Shown piece by piece: positions 12,283 through 20,094 of a stretch of 32,000 bases of DNA. A program made the translations under genes and the position numbers. Position 1 is the first letter of the stretch, and the number at the start of each line of letters is the position of its first letter. The notes under the pieces were generated by a model. It did not search any database, had not been told where the DNA came from, and saw nothing but the letters and a program-made list of their open reading frames with translations. The stretch spans positions 53,933 through 85,932 of the forward strand of contig NZ_JAALLS010000015.1 of assembly GCF_011059105.1 (NCBI RefSeq). The letters run 5' to 3'. Origin of the DNA: Fodinibius halophilus. GTDB taxonomy: Bacteria > Bacteroidota > Rhodothermia > Balneolales > Balneolaceae.

Positions 12283-12444
12283 GTGGGTCAGCATACAAGT
12301 AATACAGGTTTTTCAATTCCATTTAAAACAATACTGCTGGCTGTCCTGAGCTACCCTGTTTTGATAATAATCAGCTGCTCACCCTCTATAAAAACATTTC
12401 CAATACCCTGCTGCCTGCATGTCAATACCTTTTCCTATTGTTGA
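12283..12444 (+). CDS. Candidate small ORF (53 codons, GTG start) behind hairpin B4: MGQHTSNTGFSIPFKTILLAVLSYPVLIIISCSPSIKTFPIPCCLHVNTFSYC
   Basis: Shares the GTG GGT CAG start context of the unit-1 ORF and has one hydrophobic stretch (ILLAVLSYPVLIII). No independent support. The nucleotides homologous to units 1/2 are read here in a different frame. Confidence 0.12.
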   Translation: MGQHTSNTGFSIPFKTILLAVLSYPVLIIISCSPSIKTFPIPCCLHVNTFSYC

Positions 12445-12546
12445 AGATAACTGCTATTGTTTCTAATGATATTTATTTGTAGCCTATATAAATATTCGTT
12501 GGATGAATAATAATACAAACAGTATCGTTCAGAGAGTTCATACCCA

Positions 12547-13908
12547 ATGACACATAGATTTATCATAATCTTTTTTCTGTCCCTTTTATTTGCCGGCTGT
12601 GCAAATAAACCCAGAAGAGTACTGCATGAACCCGAAAAAAGATTGGGCACCCACGGTAAAACGCCCATGCTTTTCCATTCAGCCCTGTATTATCCCAGTG
12701 GAATAAGCTTGAATTTCCCGGGTTATATCCTGGGCATTGAAAAAAGTGATAAGAAGAAAATTACTGATAACGATGACCTTAAAATAACCGGGCTGCCCGA
12801 AACCGGATTACCGCAACGAAAAGCTGCAAACGAGATCGTCGATAAAAAGATTATGTATGTCTCCCATATTGTTCGCTACTATGGAAAAAAGTTTGGACGG
12901 GATAACTGTGCATTATATAACGCATATATTCAGCCAAATAATATCGAGACCACCCAAAGCATCCCCCTTTGTGATGGAGTCGGTCGCACTCCAATACCTC
13001 CTAAACAGGCCTATATTAAAAGTTGGTACGCCTTAGATCAATTGAAGAAAATATTGAAGCAAGATATTTCTGCCCGCCAAAATACGGCTGGGGAATATAC
13101 TCATATTGTTGTAACGGTAATGGGCTGGAATACGGTACAAGAAAAAGCTGTTAGAAACTTTAACTCGATTATTAAAAATATTAAACAGCATGCAGGTGAA
13201 AGGTTCAATCCCCTGTTTATCGGGGTCACCTGGCCCAGTGAATGGGTTAGCAGCTGGATTAAACCTCTATTTGTAGGTGCCAGTTTTCCCACTAAAAAAC
13301 TTGATTCCGATGAAATTGGACTCACATGGCTGGGAGTGTTCATTCATGATATTATCCCTGAGGTAAATGATGATTTACCGATTACATTAATCGGTCACAG
13401 TTTTGGAGCCCGTGCATTAAGTGTGGCAACTTGTGCAGGTCCGGCAATTTACAGAACCGACTCTCCTATAAAAAAGCGTACTTTTGATGACCTTAGCCTG
13501 ATAAACCTGCAAGGGGCTTTTTCTATAAATCGTTTTCTGGGAGAGATCAACAATCAAAAAATCACCTTTAACAAAAGATGTACAAATATACCACGGGTAT
13601 TCCTTACCTCTTCAAAATATGATAATGCGGTTGATAAAGCTTTTTGGAGTGATTATACAGGAAGTATTGACAGCTATAATCAATTTTGTAAAGACTACAA
13701 AAAGAATGGTAGTGCCAACTGCCTAAAAACAGATTCCCTGGGTAATATCGAAACCGTCTATAATAATGATTCACATATATTCCTCATACAAGCGGATAAG
13801 CTGATAAACAGAAATGCTTATTTGACAAAAGGAGGAGCCCACAGTGATATCTATCGTAAAGAGCATGGCAACTTTCTATGGAATCTAATCACTGGAAAGT
13901 ATGATTAG
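12547..13908 (+). CDS. Lipoprotein, alpha/beta-fold serine hydrolase of unknown specificity (DUF900-like esterase/lipase)
   Basis: Lipobox LLFAGC. Nucleophile elbow LIGHSFGARAL (Ser codon 13399-13401). Candidate Asp (SSKYDNAVD) and His (KGGAHSDIY) lie downstream. The segment IVVTVMGWN...FIGVTWPSEW resembles the DUF900 N-terminal pattern. Spot GC counts are clearly lower than in neighbouring genes. Confidence 0.6.
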   Translation: MTHRFIIIFFLSLLFAGCANKPRRVLHEPEKRLGTHGKTPMLFHSALYYPSGISLNFPGYILGIEKSDKKKITDNDDLKITGLPETGLPQRKAANEIVDKKIMYVSHIVRYYGKKFGRDNCALYNAYIQPNNIETTQSIPLCDGVGRTPIPPKQAYIKSWYALDQLKKILKQDISARQNTAGEYTHIVVTVMGWNTVQEKAVRNFNSIIKNIKQHAGERFNPLFIGVTWPSEWVSSWIKPLFVGASFPTKKLDSDEIGLTWLGVFIHDIIPEVNDDLPITLIGHSFGARALSVATCAGPAIYRTDSPIKKRTFDDLSLINLQGAFSINRFLGEINNQKITFNKRCTNIPRVFLTSSKYDNAVDKAFWSDYTGSIDSYNQFCKDYKKNGSANCLKTDSLGNIETVYNNDSHIFLIQADKLINRNAYLTKGGAHSDIYRKEHGNFLWNLITGKYD

Positions 13909-13937
13909 TGAGGCCTGCTGCTACAAATCACCGCTTA

Positions 13938-14414
13938 CTAATTTAACTTAGCCAATGTTTTTTGGATCACTTTGAAATCGGGTAAGTTGCTGGAGTCGCT
14001 AAGTTCTTCGCGGTGTTGAATAATACCCTGCTTATCTACTACAAATGAGGCCCTGTTGGCTACCCCTTTCATCCCAAAATAATCATCGTTTAGCACACCA
14101 TAAGCCTTTGAAGCTTCTTTGTTAAAGTCACTCAGGAGGGTAAAATTAAGGTTCTCCGCTTTTTTAAACTCTTTTAGCGTAAAGAAACTGTCTATGCTGA
14201 TGCCAATGACTTTAGCATCCAAAGAATCATATAACTTCATGTTATCGCGCGTGGTACAGAGCTCTTTAGTACAAGTACCGGAAAAAGCCAATGGGAAAAA
14301 GAGTATAACTACATTTTTATCTCCGCGGAAGTCAGACAGAGTTACTTGTTCGCCTTCAGTATTTTGGAGCGTAAAATCCGGTGCTTTTGAGCCTTCTTCT
14401 GCAGTCACTGACAT
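13938..14414 (-). CDS. Peroxiredoxin, AhpE-like (AhpC/TSA family)
   Basis: 158 aa. Peroxidatic-Cys motif [15 protein letters not shown]. Thioredoxin-fold length and order. Confidence 0.85.
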   Translation of the reverse strand: MSVTAEEGSKAPDFTLQNTEGEQVTLSDFRGDKNVVILFFPLAFSGTCTKELCTTRDNMKLYDSLDAKVIGISIDSFFTLKEFKKAENLNFTLLSDFNKEASKAYGVLNDDYFGMKGVANRASFVVDKQGIIQHREELSDSSNLPDFKVIQKTLAKLN

Positions 14415-14439
14415 AGTCGTACCTAATATATATTATTTA

Positions 14440-15066
14440 TTATGAATCAGCTGTTAATACTGCTGTATCGGTATGCTCGTAACCTAGTACGATAGTGAGA
14501 AGGCCAGCTGCCAGAAGCAGTTGCCATAACCATGCATAGGAAGGCTGAATACCCGGCACATACCAATAGAGCAGGTAACTAAAAAGAAAAATAATACTAC
14601 CAATAAGAATTAATGCATACTGCTTTCTTCTATAGGTATATACCGAATACATCAGTATCGATACGGTAATAGCTCCTCCCTGGTAAATCATAATCAGCCA
14701 ATTTTTGAGAGCATACGTATCTTTTACTAGAAAATATGACAACACAATAAGCAGCGGTAGGCCGGTATAAAGCATTGGAAATTGCGCGAATACCGGTTTC
14801 GATTCGCGAATAAAGACGGCCAGTGAACTAAGCACAAAAGCCAGGCAGGTAATGTGCCCCCATTCTAAAATAAAATCAGCCGTTGTAGTAAAAGTAGCAT
14901 TTGAAACAAATAAACTGACAAAATTGAATCCCTGGAGAATCAGAAAAATTGTTGCGGCAATAGTAAGTCCCAGAAATTTAAGACGTCCCCTACTCTGGGT
15001 AAGACCAACTAATTTAAAGACAACATAACCGGCTACCAGAATCAGTAAAAATGTTGTCAATGGCAT
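14440..15066 (-). CDS. Integral membrane protein of unknown function (about 6-7 predicted TM helices)
   Basis: 208 aa, almost entirely hydrophobic segments separated by short loops. It lies 11 nt after the upstream gene and 25 nt before the peroxiredoxin gene, consistent with one operon. Confidence 0.6.
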   Translation of the reverse strand: MPLTTFLLILVAGYVVFKLVGLTQSRGRLKFLGLTIAATIFLILQGFNFVSLFVSNATFTTTADFILEWGHITCLAFVLSSLAVFIRESKPVFAQFPMLYTGLPLLIVLSYFLVKDTYALKNWLIMIYQGGAITVSILMYSVYTYRRKQYALILIGSIIFLFSYLLYWYVPGIQPSYAWLWQLLLAAGLLTIVLGYEHTDTAVLTADS

Positions 15067-15077
15067 TAAAAAAGTAC

Positions 15078-15647
15078 TTAAGAGTTTTCGGTGGGTTGCT
15101 GACTTTCGCGCTGAGATCGACGCTGTTTGATTTCACGCATTCGCTCTTTCTCTTGGTTATAGACTTTAACCTGTTCGGCGATATCGCGGAGCATTCCCCG
15201 TTCGAAACGGATCATCTCCTGCATAAAATCATATAATAATATTTGTTGGTCATCGCGATAAACAACTGTTTCCCAGTCAATTAATGAGATACTCTTAATT
15301 GAATTAACCAATCCGGCCCGGTGTTTTGCAAGTTTTTTAAGCACCTTCTGGACATCTTTCATTTTATCCTCATCGGGCTCAAAATTCTCACGGTAATGAG
15401 TATAATTATCAAGATGAGTAGGCCGCTTATTCTCCACAGCTTTTTCTAATATAGGCCGGTAGTACGACAGCTGTGCATGATCTATGAGCAACAGCATCTC
15501 AGAAATAGATCGCCCTTCGGGCGGTCGTTCCTCATAAGGCACATTATCAATAACATATTGCATCGCTTCTGCCTCATCCTGCAGGTAAGAAGCGTCCTCT
15601 ATGAGCTCGTTAATTTCATCTTGGGTAATTTCGCGATCTGCCATCAT
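15078..15647 (-). CDS. Hypothetical cytoplasmic helical protein (weak DinB-like resemblance) with a basic/acidic C-terminal tail
   Basis: 189 aa, starting 4 nt after the nuoI stop. SISEMLLLIDHAQ resembles the first His helix of DinB-fold proteins, but the remaining His ligands are not evident. Confidence 0.5.
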   Translation of the reverse strand: MMADREITQDEINELIEDASYLQDEAEAMQYVIDNVPYEERPPEGRSISEMLLLIDHAQLSYYRPILEKAVENKRPTHLDNYTHYRENFEPDEDKMKDVQKVLKKLAKHRAGLVNSIKSISLIDWETVVYRDDQQILLYDFMQEMIRFERGMLRDIAEQVKVYNQEKERMREIKQRRSQRESQQPTENS

Positions 15648-15651
15648 CTAC

Positions 15652-16350
15652 TTATCGGGCCCATTCAGATTCTGCTTGCACATTATCGTTGTGCTCCTGT
15701 TGTTCAAGCATCTCAACCAGTGAGAGACCTGAATTAAATTCGCGGTCGCGATCTCTCACAGAGTGTATATTATTTTCTTCCTGGAAATCCCAGAATTGTC
15801 CGAACTGTCGATTTTTATATTCGCGTAAGAAATCAAGACGTTCTTTAAGATCTTCTTTGGGTACCAACAAGCGCTGTTTGTCATAGATAGCTTCTTCGCG
15901 AGACTCAAATACGATATCGTAATCTTTACTCATGACAATCGCTTCTTCGGGGCAAACCTCCTCACAATACCCACAGTAGATACAACGCAGCATATTAATC
16001 TCAAAGAAGTTGGGATAACGCTCTTTGGGATCATCAGAGTCTTCGTTCGCCTGCATGCTGATAGCAAGCGGCGGACACGCACGGGCACAGAGTCCACATG
16101 CTACACAACGCTCTTTTCCGTTGTCTTCAACAAGAACAGGACGTCCTCGGAATATTGAAGGGGGATCCCATTTTTCTTCCGGGTACTGCATAGTCACCTT
16201 TGGCTGAAACATCTGCTTAAATGTATACCAAAGGGCTTTGAAAATTTCGGGCAGGTACAATTTCTCCAGAAACGAAAAAGAACGCTCCCGCTCAAAATTT
16301 TCGTTGAGCGCATTTGCACGTGGTTGCTCTAAGTTTTGTGGTGTTGCCAT
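15652..16350 (-). CDS. nuoI: NADH-quinone oxidoreductase subunit I (Nqo9; 2x[4Fe-4S] ferredoxin subunit), stand-alone and extended
   Basis: [12 protein letters not shown] and [12 protein letters not shown] cluster motifs. [12 protein letters not shown] and the YPEEKW...FRGRP context match NuoI/Nqo9. ATG at 16350 is preferred over the TTG at 16362. There are N-terminal (about 30 aa) and C-terminal (about 60 aa) extensions relative to typical NuoI. Confidence 0.85.
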   Translation of the reverse strand: MATPQNLEQPRANALNENFERERSFSFLEKLYLPEIFKALWYTFKQMFQPKVTMQYPEEKWDPPSIFRGRPVLVEDNGKERCVACGLCARACPPLAISMQANEDSDDPKERYPNFFEINMLRCIYCGYCEEVCPEEAIVMSKDYDIVFESREEAIYDKQRLLVPKEDLKERLDFLREYKNRQFGQFWDFQEENNIHSVRDRDREFNSGLSLVEMLEQQEHNDNVQAESEWAR

Positions 16351-16443
16351 CTGAATTCGCAATTAAAGAGATTGATTGTTGCTCAGCATAATATCGCTGG
16401 AAAAATAACTGATTCAAGCATTCACATCAAAACAAAAATGTGT

Positions 16444-17751
16444 TTATTTCTGGACAAACCGCATCGTTATAGGAACGCCCGTAAAGCGATACTCTTCCCT
16501 GATTTTATTCTCAATATATCGCCTGTAGTTAGCAGGAAGCTCCTCGGGGTGGTTCATAAAGAACTTAAAGACCGGGGGACTCGATTTTACCTGTGTGCCA
16601 TACTTTATTTTAAGCGGTACTTCTTTGCGCACCGGCAACGGTTTTTCTTTGAGTATGCGTTCGATAAAGGAGTTAAAGTGTGAAGTCTTTATCGTCTTCT
16701 TCCGTTCCTTCCTAACTAAATCCGCTACATCAATCACTTTATGGATGCGTTTGCGGTGGATAGCAGAAATGGAAACAATGGGCACATAAGTCATACGGGG
16801 AATACGATCGTAGATGTACTCCTCAAATTCTTTAAGAAGATTGGTATCCTTTTCGGGCACAATGTCCCATTTATTTAAAACGATTACGATACCTTTGTTG
16901 TAGTCGGCCGCATTCGTGATGATACGTTTGTCTTGGGCTTCGAAACCACGCATAGCATCAAGCATTAAAATGGCCACATCACATTCTTTTAGGGCCCGGT
17001 CTGTGCGTACAGTACTATAGAACTCTACATTCTCTTGTACCTTGGCTTTTTTCCGGAGTCCGGCAGTGTCTATTAATATGTATTCCTGATCGTTATACAC
17101 AAGTTTGCTATTAATAGAATCGCGTGTTGTGCCCGGTATGTCGGTTACGATACAGCGTTCATCATCCAGCATCGCATTAATGTAACTGCTTTTCCCTACA
17201 TTGGGCCGCCCTACCACAGCCAGCTTGGGAATGGTTGTTTTAGGTTCGTCGCGCTCTTCAGGCAACAGTTCAACCATACGATCCAGCAGATCGCCCGTTC
17301 CCCGGCCGCTGATTGCTGATATGGGATACAGTTCATCAAATCCCAAAGTATAAAATTCGGTAGCATTAAGTTCCCGCTCTTCATTGTCAGCTTTATTGGC
17401 TACCAATAAGACCGGGGTTTCTTGTTCGCGCAACAGCTTGGCTACAGAGCTATCCAAACTGGTAATACCTCCTTCGGTATCAACAACAAAGAGGATAAGA
17501 TCCGACTCACGAATAGCAATATGGACCTGTTCTCGAATTCCTTTTTTAACTACATCAGTGGCACCGGGCAAATATCCGCCGGTATCTATGACATTAAATT
17601 CACGACCATTCCAGAACGATTCGCCATAATGGCGATCGCGTGTTACACCGTACTGATCATCGACAATGGCTTTACGGCTGCCGATCAAACGATTAAAAAT
17701 TGTAGATTTGCCAACGTTAGGCCGCCCTACGATAGAAACTACAGGGAGCAT
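16444..17751 (-). CDS. der: Ribosome-biogenesis GTPase Der (EngA), tandem GTPase domains + KH-like domain
   Basis: Two P-loops GRPNVGKST / GRPNVGKSS, DTGG / DTAG, NKAD / NKWD, and a C-terminal KH-like domain. Confidence 0.95.
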   Translation of the reverse strand: MLPVVSIVGRPNVGKSTIFNRLIGSRKAIVDDQYGVTRDRHYGESFWNGREFNVIDTGGYLPGATDVVKKGIREQVHIAIRESDLILFVVDTEGGITSLDSSVAKLLREQETPVLLVANKADNEERELNATEFYTLGFDELYPISAISGRGTGDLLDRMVELLPEERDEPKTTIPKLAVVGRPNVGKSSYINAMLDDERCIVTDIPGTTRDSINSKLVYNDQEYILIDTAGLRKKAKVQENVEFYSTVRTDRALKECDVAILMLDAMRGFEAQDKRIITNAADYNKGIVIVLNKWDIVPEKDTNLLKEFEEYIYDRIPRMTYVPIVSISAIHRKRIHKVIDVADLVRKERKKTIKTSHFNSFIERILKEKPLPVRKEVPLKIKYGTQVKSSPPVFKFFMNHPEELPANYRRYIENKIREEYRFTGVPITMRFVQK

Positions 17752-17835
17752 GTGGGAGTTTTTGATTAATATGTTATTTTCAGTGATAAGCGTTAAAAAT
17801 AATGAATTAACTCCTCAAAGTAGAGTAGAAACTCA

Positions 17836-18072
17836 ATGCTCCAAACCTTCTATAATAACTTCGGTTTTGTTGGCTCCATTGCTATAGCTATGTTTATTTT
17901 TCTTAGTTTTATTTTTTGGATGGCCGGCATTGCCGGTATATCACAATTGCCCCACAGTAGAAAAAAAACGGCCAAACTCGTTGCTTCGGTCCTTTTTCCA
18001 CCTTATCCGATCATCTGGCTGTTTGTTGATATGTTCCGGCAGCGTAAATCAATGAAAAACTCGACTATCTAA
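17836..18072 (+). CDS. Small membrane protein (two predicted TM helices), unknown function
   Basis: 78 aa with two hydrophobic segments, then a basic tail. Its stop is 1 nt before the ATG of the downstream oxidase gene. Confidence 0.45.
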   Translation: MLQTFYNNFGFVGSIAIAMFIFLSFIFWMAGIAGISQLPHSRKKTAKLVASVLFPPYPIIWLFVDMFRQRKSMKNSTI

Positions 18073-18073
18073 T

Positions 18074-19358
18074 ATGGGTAATCGGTCTTCTGAAAAGCCT
18101 TATTCCAGGAAGCGCCAATCCGATATTTTCCTGGGTAAGCTGCGGGGCAATCAAAAGAAGATCCCGATTTCTTTCGAGAAGCTGAGAGCAAAAGCAAAAG
18201 TTCAACTGCCGGAGGAGGCTTTTGCCTATATCGCGGGTTCGGCTGGCAATGAAGTAACAAAAAGATCTAACCGATCGGCTTTTGAGAAATGGGAAATTAT
18301 TCCCCGTGTGCTTCGGAACGTAGCTGACTGTAATACCAAAATATCGTTATGTGGCTCTACCCTGCCCGCCCCCTTTCTTTTGGCTCCCATAGGTGTTTTG
18401 GAGATGGCGCATCGAAAAGCAGATTTAGCGGTATCTAAAGCGGCGGCAGCAGAGAATATTCCTTTTATTTTTTCGAATCAGGCATCGGTACCGATGGAAA
18501 AATGTAGCCGTGCAATGGGTACCTCTCCCCGGTGGTTCCAGCTGTATTGGAGTACCTCCGACGATCTGGTAGAAAGCTTTGTTAAACGGGCCGAAGCCTG
18601 TAACTGTAAAGGTATTGTTCTTATGTTTGATACGACCATGCTGGGTTGGCGTCCGCGCGATCTGGAACTGGACTACCTGCCTTTTTTACGCGGTATGGGG
18701 ATCGCCCAATATACCTCTGACCCGGTATTCTGTGACCTGATGGATACCAATGTTGCCCAGGCAGATGAATCGCCATCAATAACCATAAATTCTTTTCGCA
18801 CTTTGATCCAAATGGCTCAAAACTATCCCGGTGGTTTTTTAAAGAATATTTTTTCAGATGAACCCCGGAAAGCGGTTAAAACATTTATTGAATGTTACTC
18901 ACGGCCTTCCCTGACCTGGGAAAATTTATCGTTCCTTCGTTCAATAACCGACCTCCCGATCTTTTTAAAAGGAATTTTACATCCTGATGATGCCAGGATG
19001 GCGGTAGAAGCCGGAATGGACGGCATCATTGTTTCTAACCACGGGGGCAGACAGCTCGACGGTGCTATTAGCGCTTTAGATGCACTTTCTGATATTAGCC
19101 AGGATTTGGTTGCTACAATCCCCATTTTGTTTGACAGCGGCATCCGTTCGGGTAGCGATATCTTTAAAGCACTTGCATTGGGAGCCGATGCTGTTCTGTT
19201 GGGGCGTCCATATGTTTACGCCCTGGCTATTGCCGGAGAGGTGGGGGGTAAAAGAAGTAATCAAAAACTTTCGGGCAGAATTTGAACTAACCATGGCACT
19301 CTCAGGCTGTCGAAATGTTGATGAAATCTCACGAAAACACCTTACTCCTTATAATTGA
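18074..19358 (+). pseudogene. FMN-dependent alpha-hydroxy-acid oxidase (L-lactate oxidase / lactate 2-monooxygenase family), split by a +1 frameshift in a G6 run
   Basis: Family motifs: [65 protein letters not shown] 18074-19285 ends ...[17 protein letters not shown]. The conserved C-terminus [33 protein letters not shown] is in the +1 frame (ORF 19080-19358). Removing one G from GGGGGG at 19243-19248 restores ...[13 protein letters not shown]... Confidence 0.8.
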
Positions 19359-19449
19359 ATGGGATAATCATCTTTTTATTTTTACCCTCACAAAGATATA
19401 TTCCATGCTTTAGCTAGCACACCCAAAATTTCTATTTTTTAAACGACTT

Positions 19450-20094
19450 ATGCTAAATGAACCATCGTTGGTCCCGCAAAAAGTGGGATGGATTGAAGTT
19501 GTTTGCGGAGGGATGTTCAGTGGTAAAACTGAAGAACTAATTCGCAGAGCAAAACGAGCTCATATTGCCGGACAAAAGGTAGTAGTAGTTAAACCTAAAG
19601 TAGATAACCGATACGATGATGAAGATGTAGTTTCTCATAATCAAAATGTGTTACCCGGACTAGTCGTTGATACCGCTGATCAAATTGTTCTGCTTACCGG
19701 TGAAGCTGAAGTGGTGTGTATTGACGAGGCACAGTTTTTTGACTTGCAGCTTATGAATGTAGCTAATACGTTGGCAAACGACGGCAAAAGAGTTATTGTA
19801 GCCGGTTTGGATATGGATTTCGAAGGCCGCCCTTTTGAACCAATGCCCCAGATGTTAGCTATTGCAGAATATGTAACCAAACTGCATGCTGTGTGTGCAG
19901 AAAGTGGCACTATGGCCCACTATTCTCAACGGGTTGTAGACAGTGAGGATCGGGTATTAGTAGGTGAAACTGACGCCTACGAACCGCGTTCACGCCATTG
20001 CTACCGCCCCCCTGTTGATGAACGACGCGGGCGCCCTATCACTCCCATTTCTGCAGAAGATAATTCCAACGAAGAACAAAACTCAGATGATTGA
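19450..20094 (+). CDS. tdk: Thymidine kinase (TK1-like/type II)
   Basis: P-loop GGMFSGKTEELIRR, Walker B VVCIDEAQFF, and a lasso region KLHAVCAESG...YEPRSRHCY. It has an unusual acidic C-terminal tail. Confidence 0.88.
   Translation: MLNEPSLVPQKVGWIEVVCGGMFSGKTEELIRRAKRAHIAGQKVVVVKPKVDNRYDDEDVVSHNQNVLPGLVVDTADQIVLLTGEAEVVCIDEAQFFDLQLMNVANTLANDGKRVIVAGLDMDFEGRPFEPMPQMLAIAEYVTKLHAVCAESGTMAHYSQRVVDSEDRVLVGETDAYEPRSRHCYRPPVDERRGRPITPISAEDNSNEEQNSDD

Larger units (their letters stand above)
12129..12291 (+). repeat. Structured repeat, copy 4 (hairpin A + boxes + hairpin B; diverged, about 12-nt deletion between the boxes)
   Basis: tgcccccatcttgttcttcccctatacctaggggaagagactttttt ... gattctctgaaaag ... 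aaacccagcacgtattgtag ... cctctccctgcgaacagtagggagaggacaggagtgggtcag. A degenerate relic of the unit 3' end lies just upstream (ccatggtagcttttgtctactggttgaattgtga, about 12056-12091). Confidence 0.85.

Noticed and set aside
10958-12291. CRISPR array as an explanation for the repeats
   Set aside because: The units are about 272 bp and directly abutting. There is no alternation of 25-40-nt repeats with unique spacers, no leader/cas genes in the window, and the repeated hairpins sit in different sequence contexts within each unit.
12435-12668. 77-aa minus-strand ORF across the lipoprotein gene start
   Set aside because: It overlaps the well-supported lipobox-bearing N-terminus on the other strand, lies in AT-rich sequence where random ORFs are expected, and has no recognisable motif.
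15652-16350. Isolated nuoI as evidence of a novel ferredoxin system
   Set aside because: The sequence aligns along the full NuoI/Nqo9 core. Isolated nqo8/nqo9 genes are documented for Rhodothermus marinus complex I. Only the operon partners and terminal extensions were retained, as a low-interest finding.
19080-19358. Independent 92-aa gene downstream of the oxidase
   Set aside because: Its C-terminal part is the conserved C-terminus of the FMN-dependent oxidase, read in the +1 frame. It is explained by the G6 frameshift at 19243-19248.
19964-20086. Long N-terminal extension of the NupC ORF
   Set aside because: It lies entirely inside the tdk coding region in another frame. ATG 20087 gives a typical CNT N-terminus and an 8-nt coupled overlap with the tdk stop.
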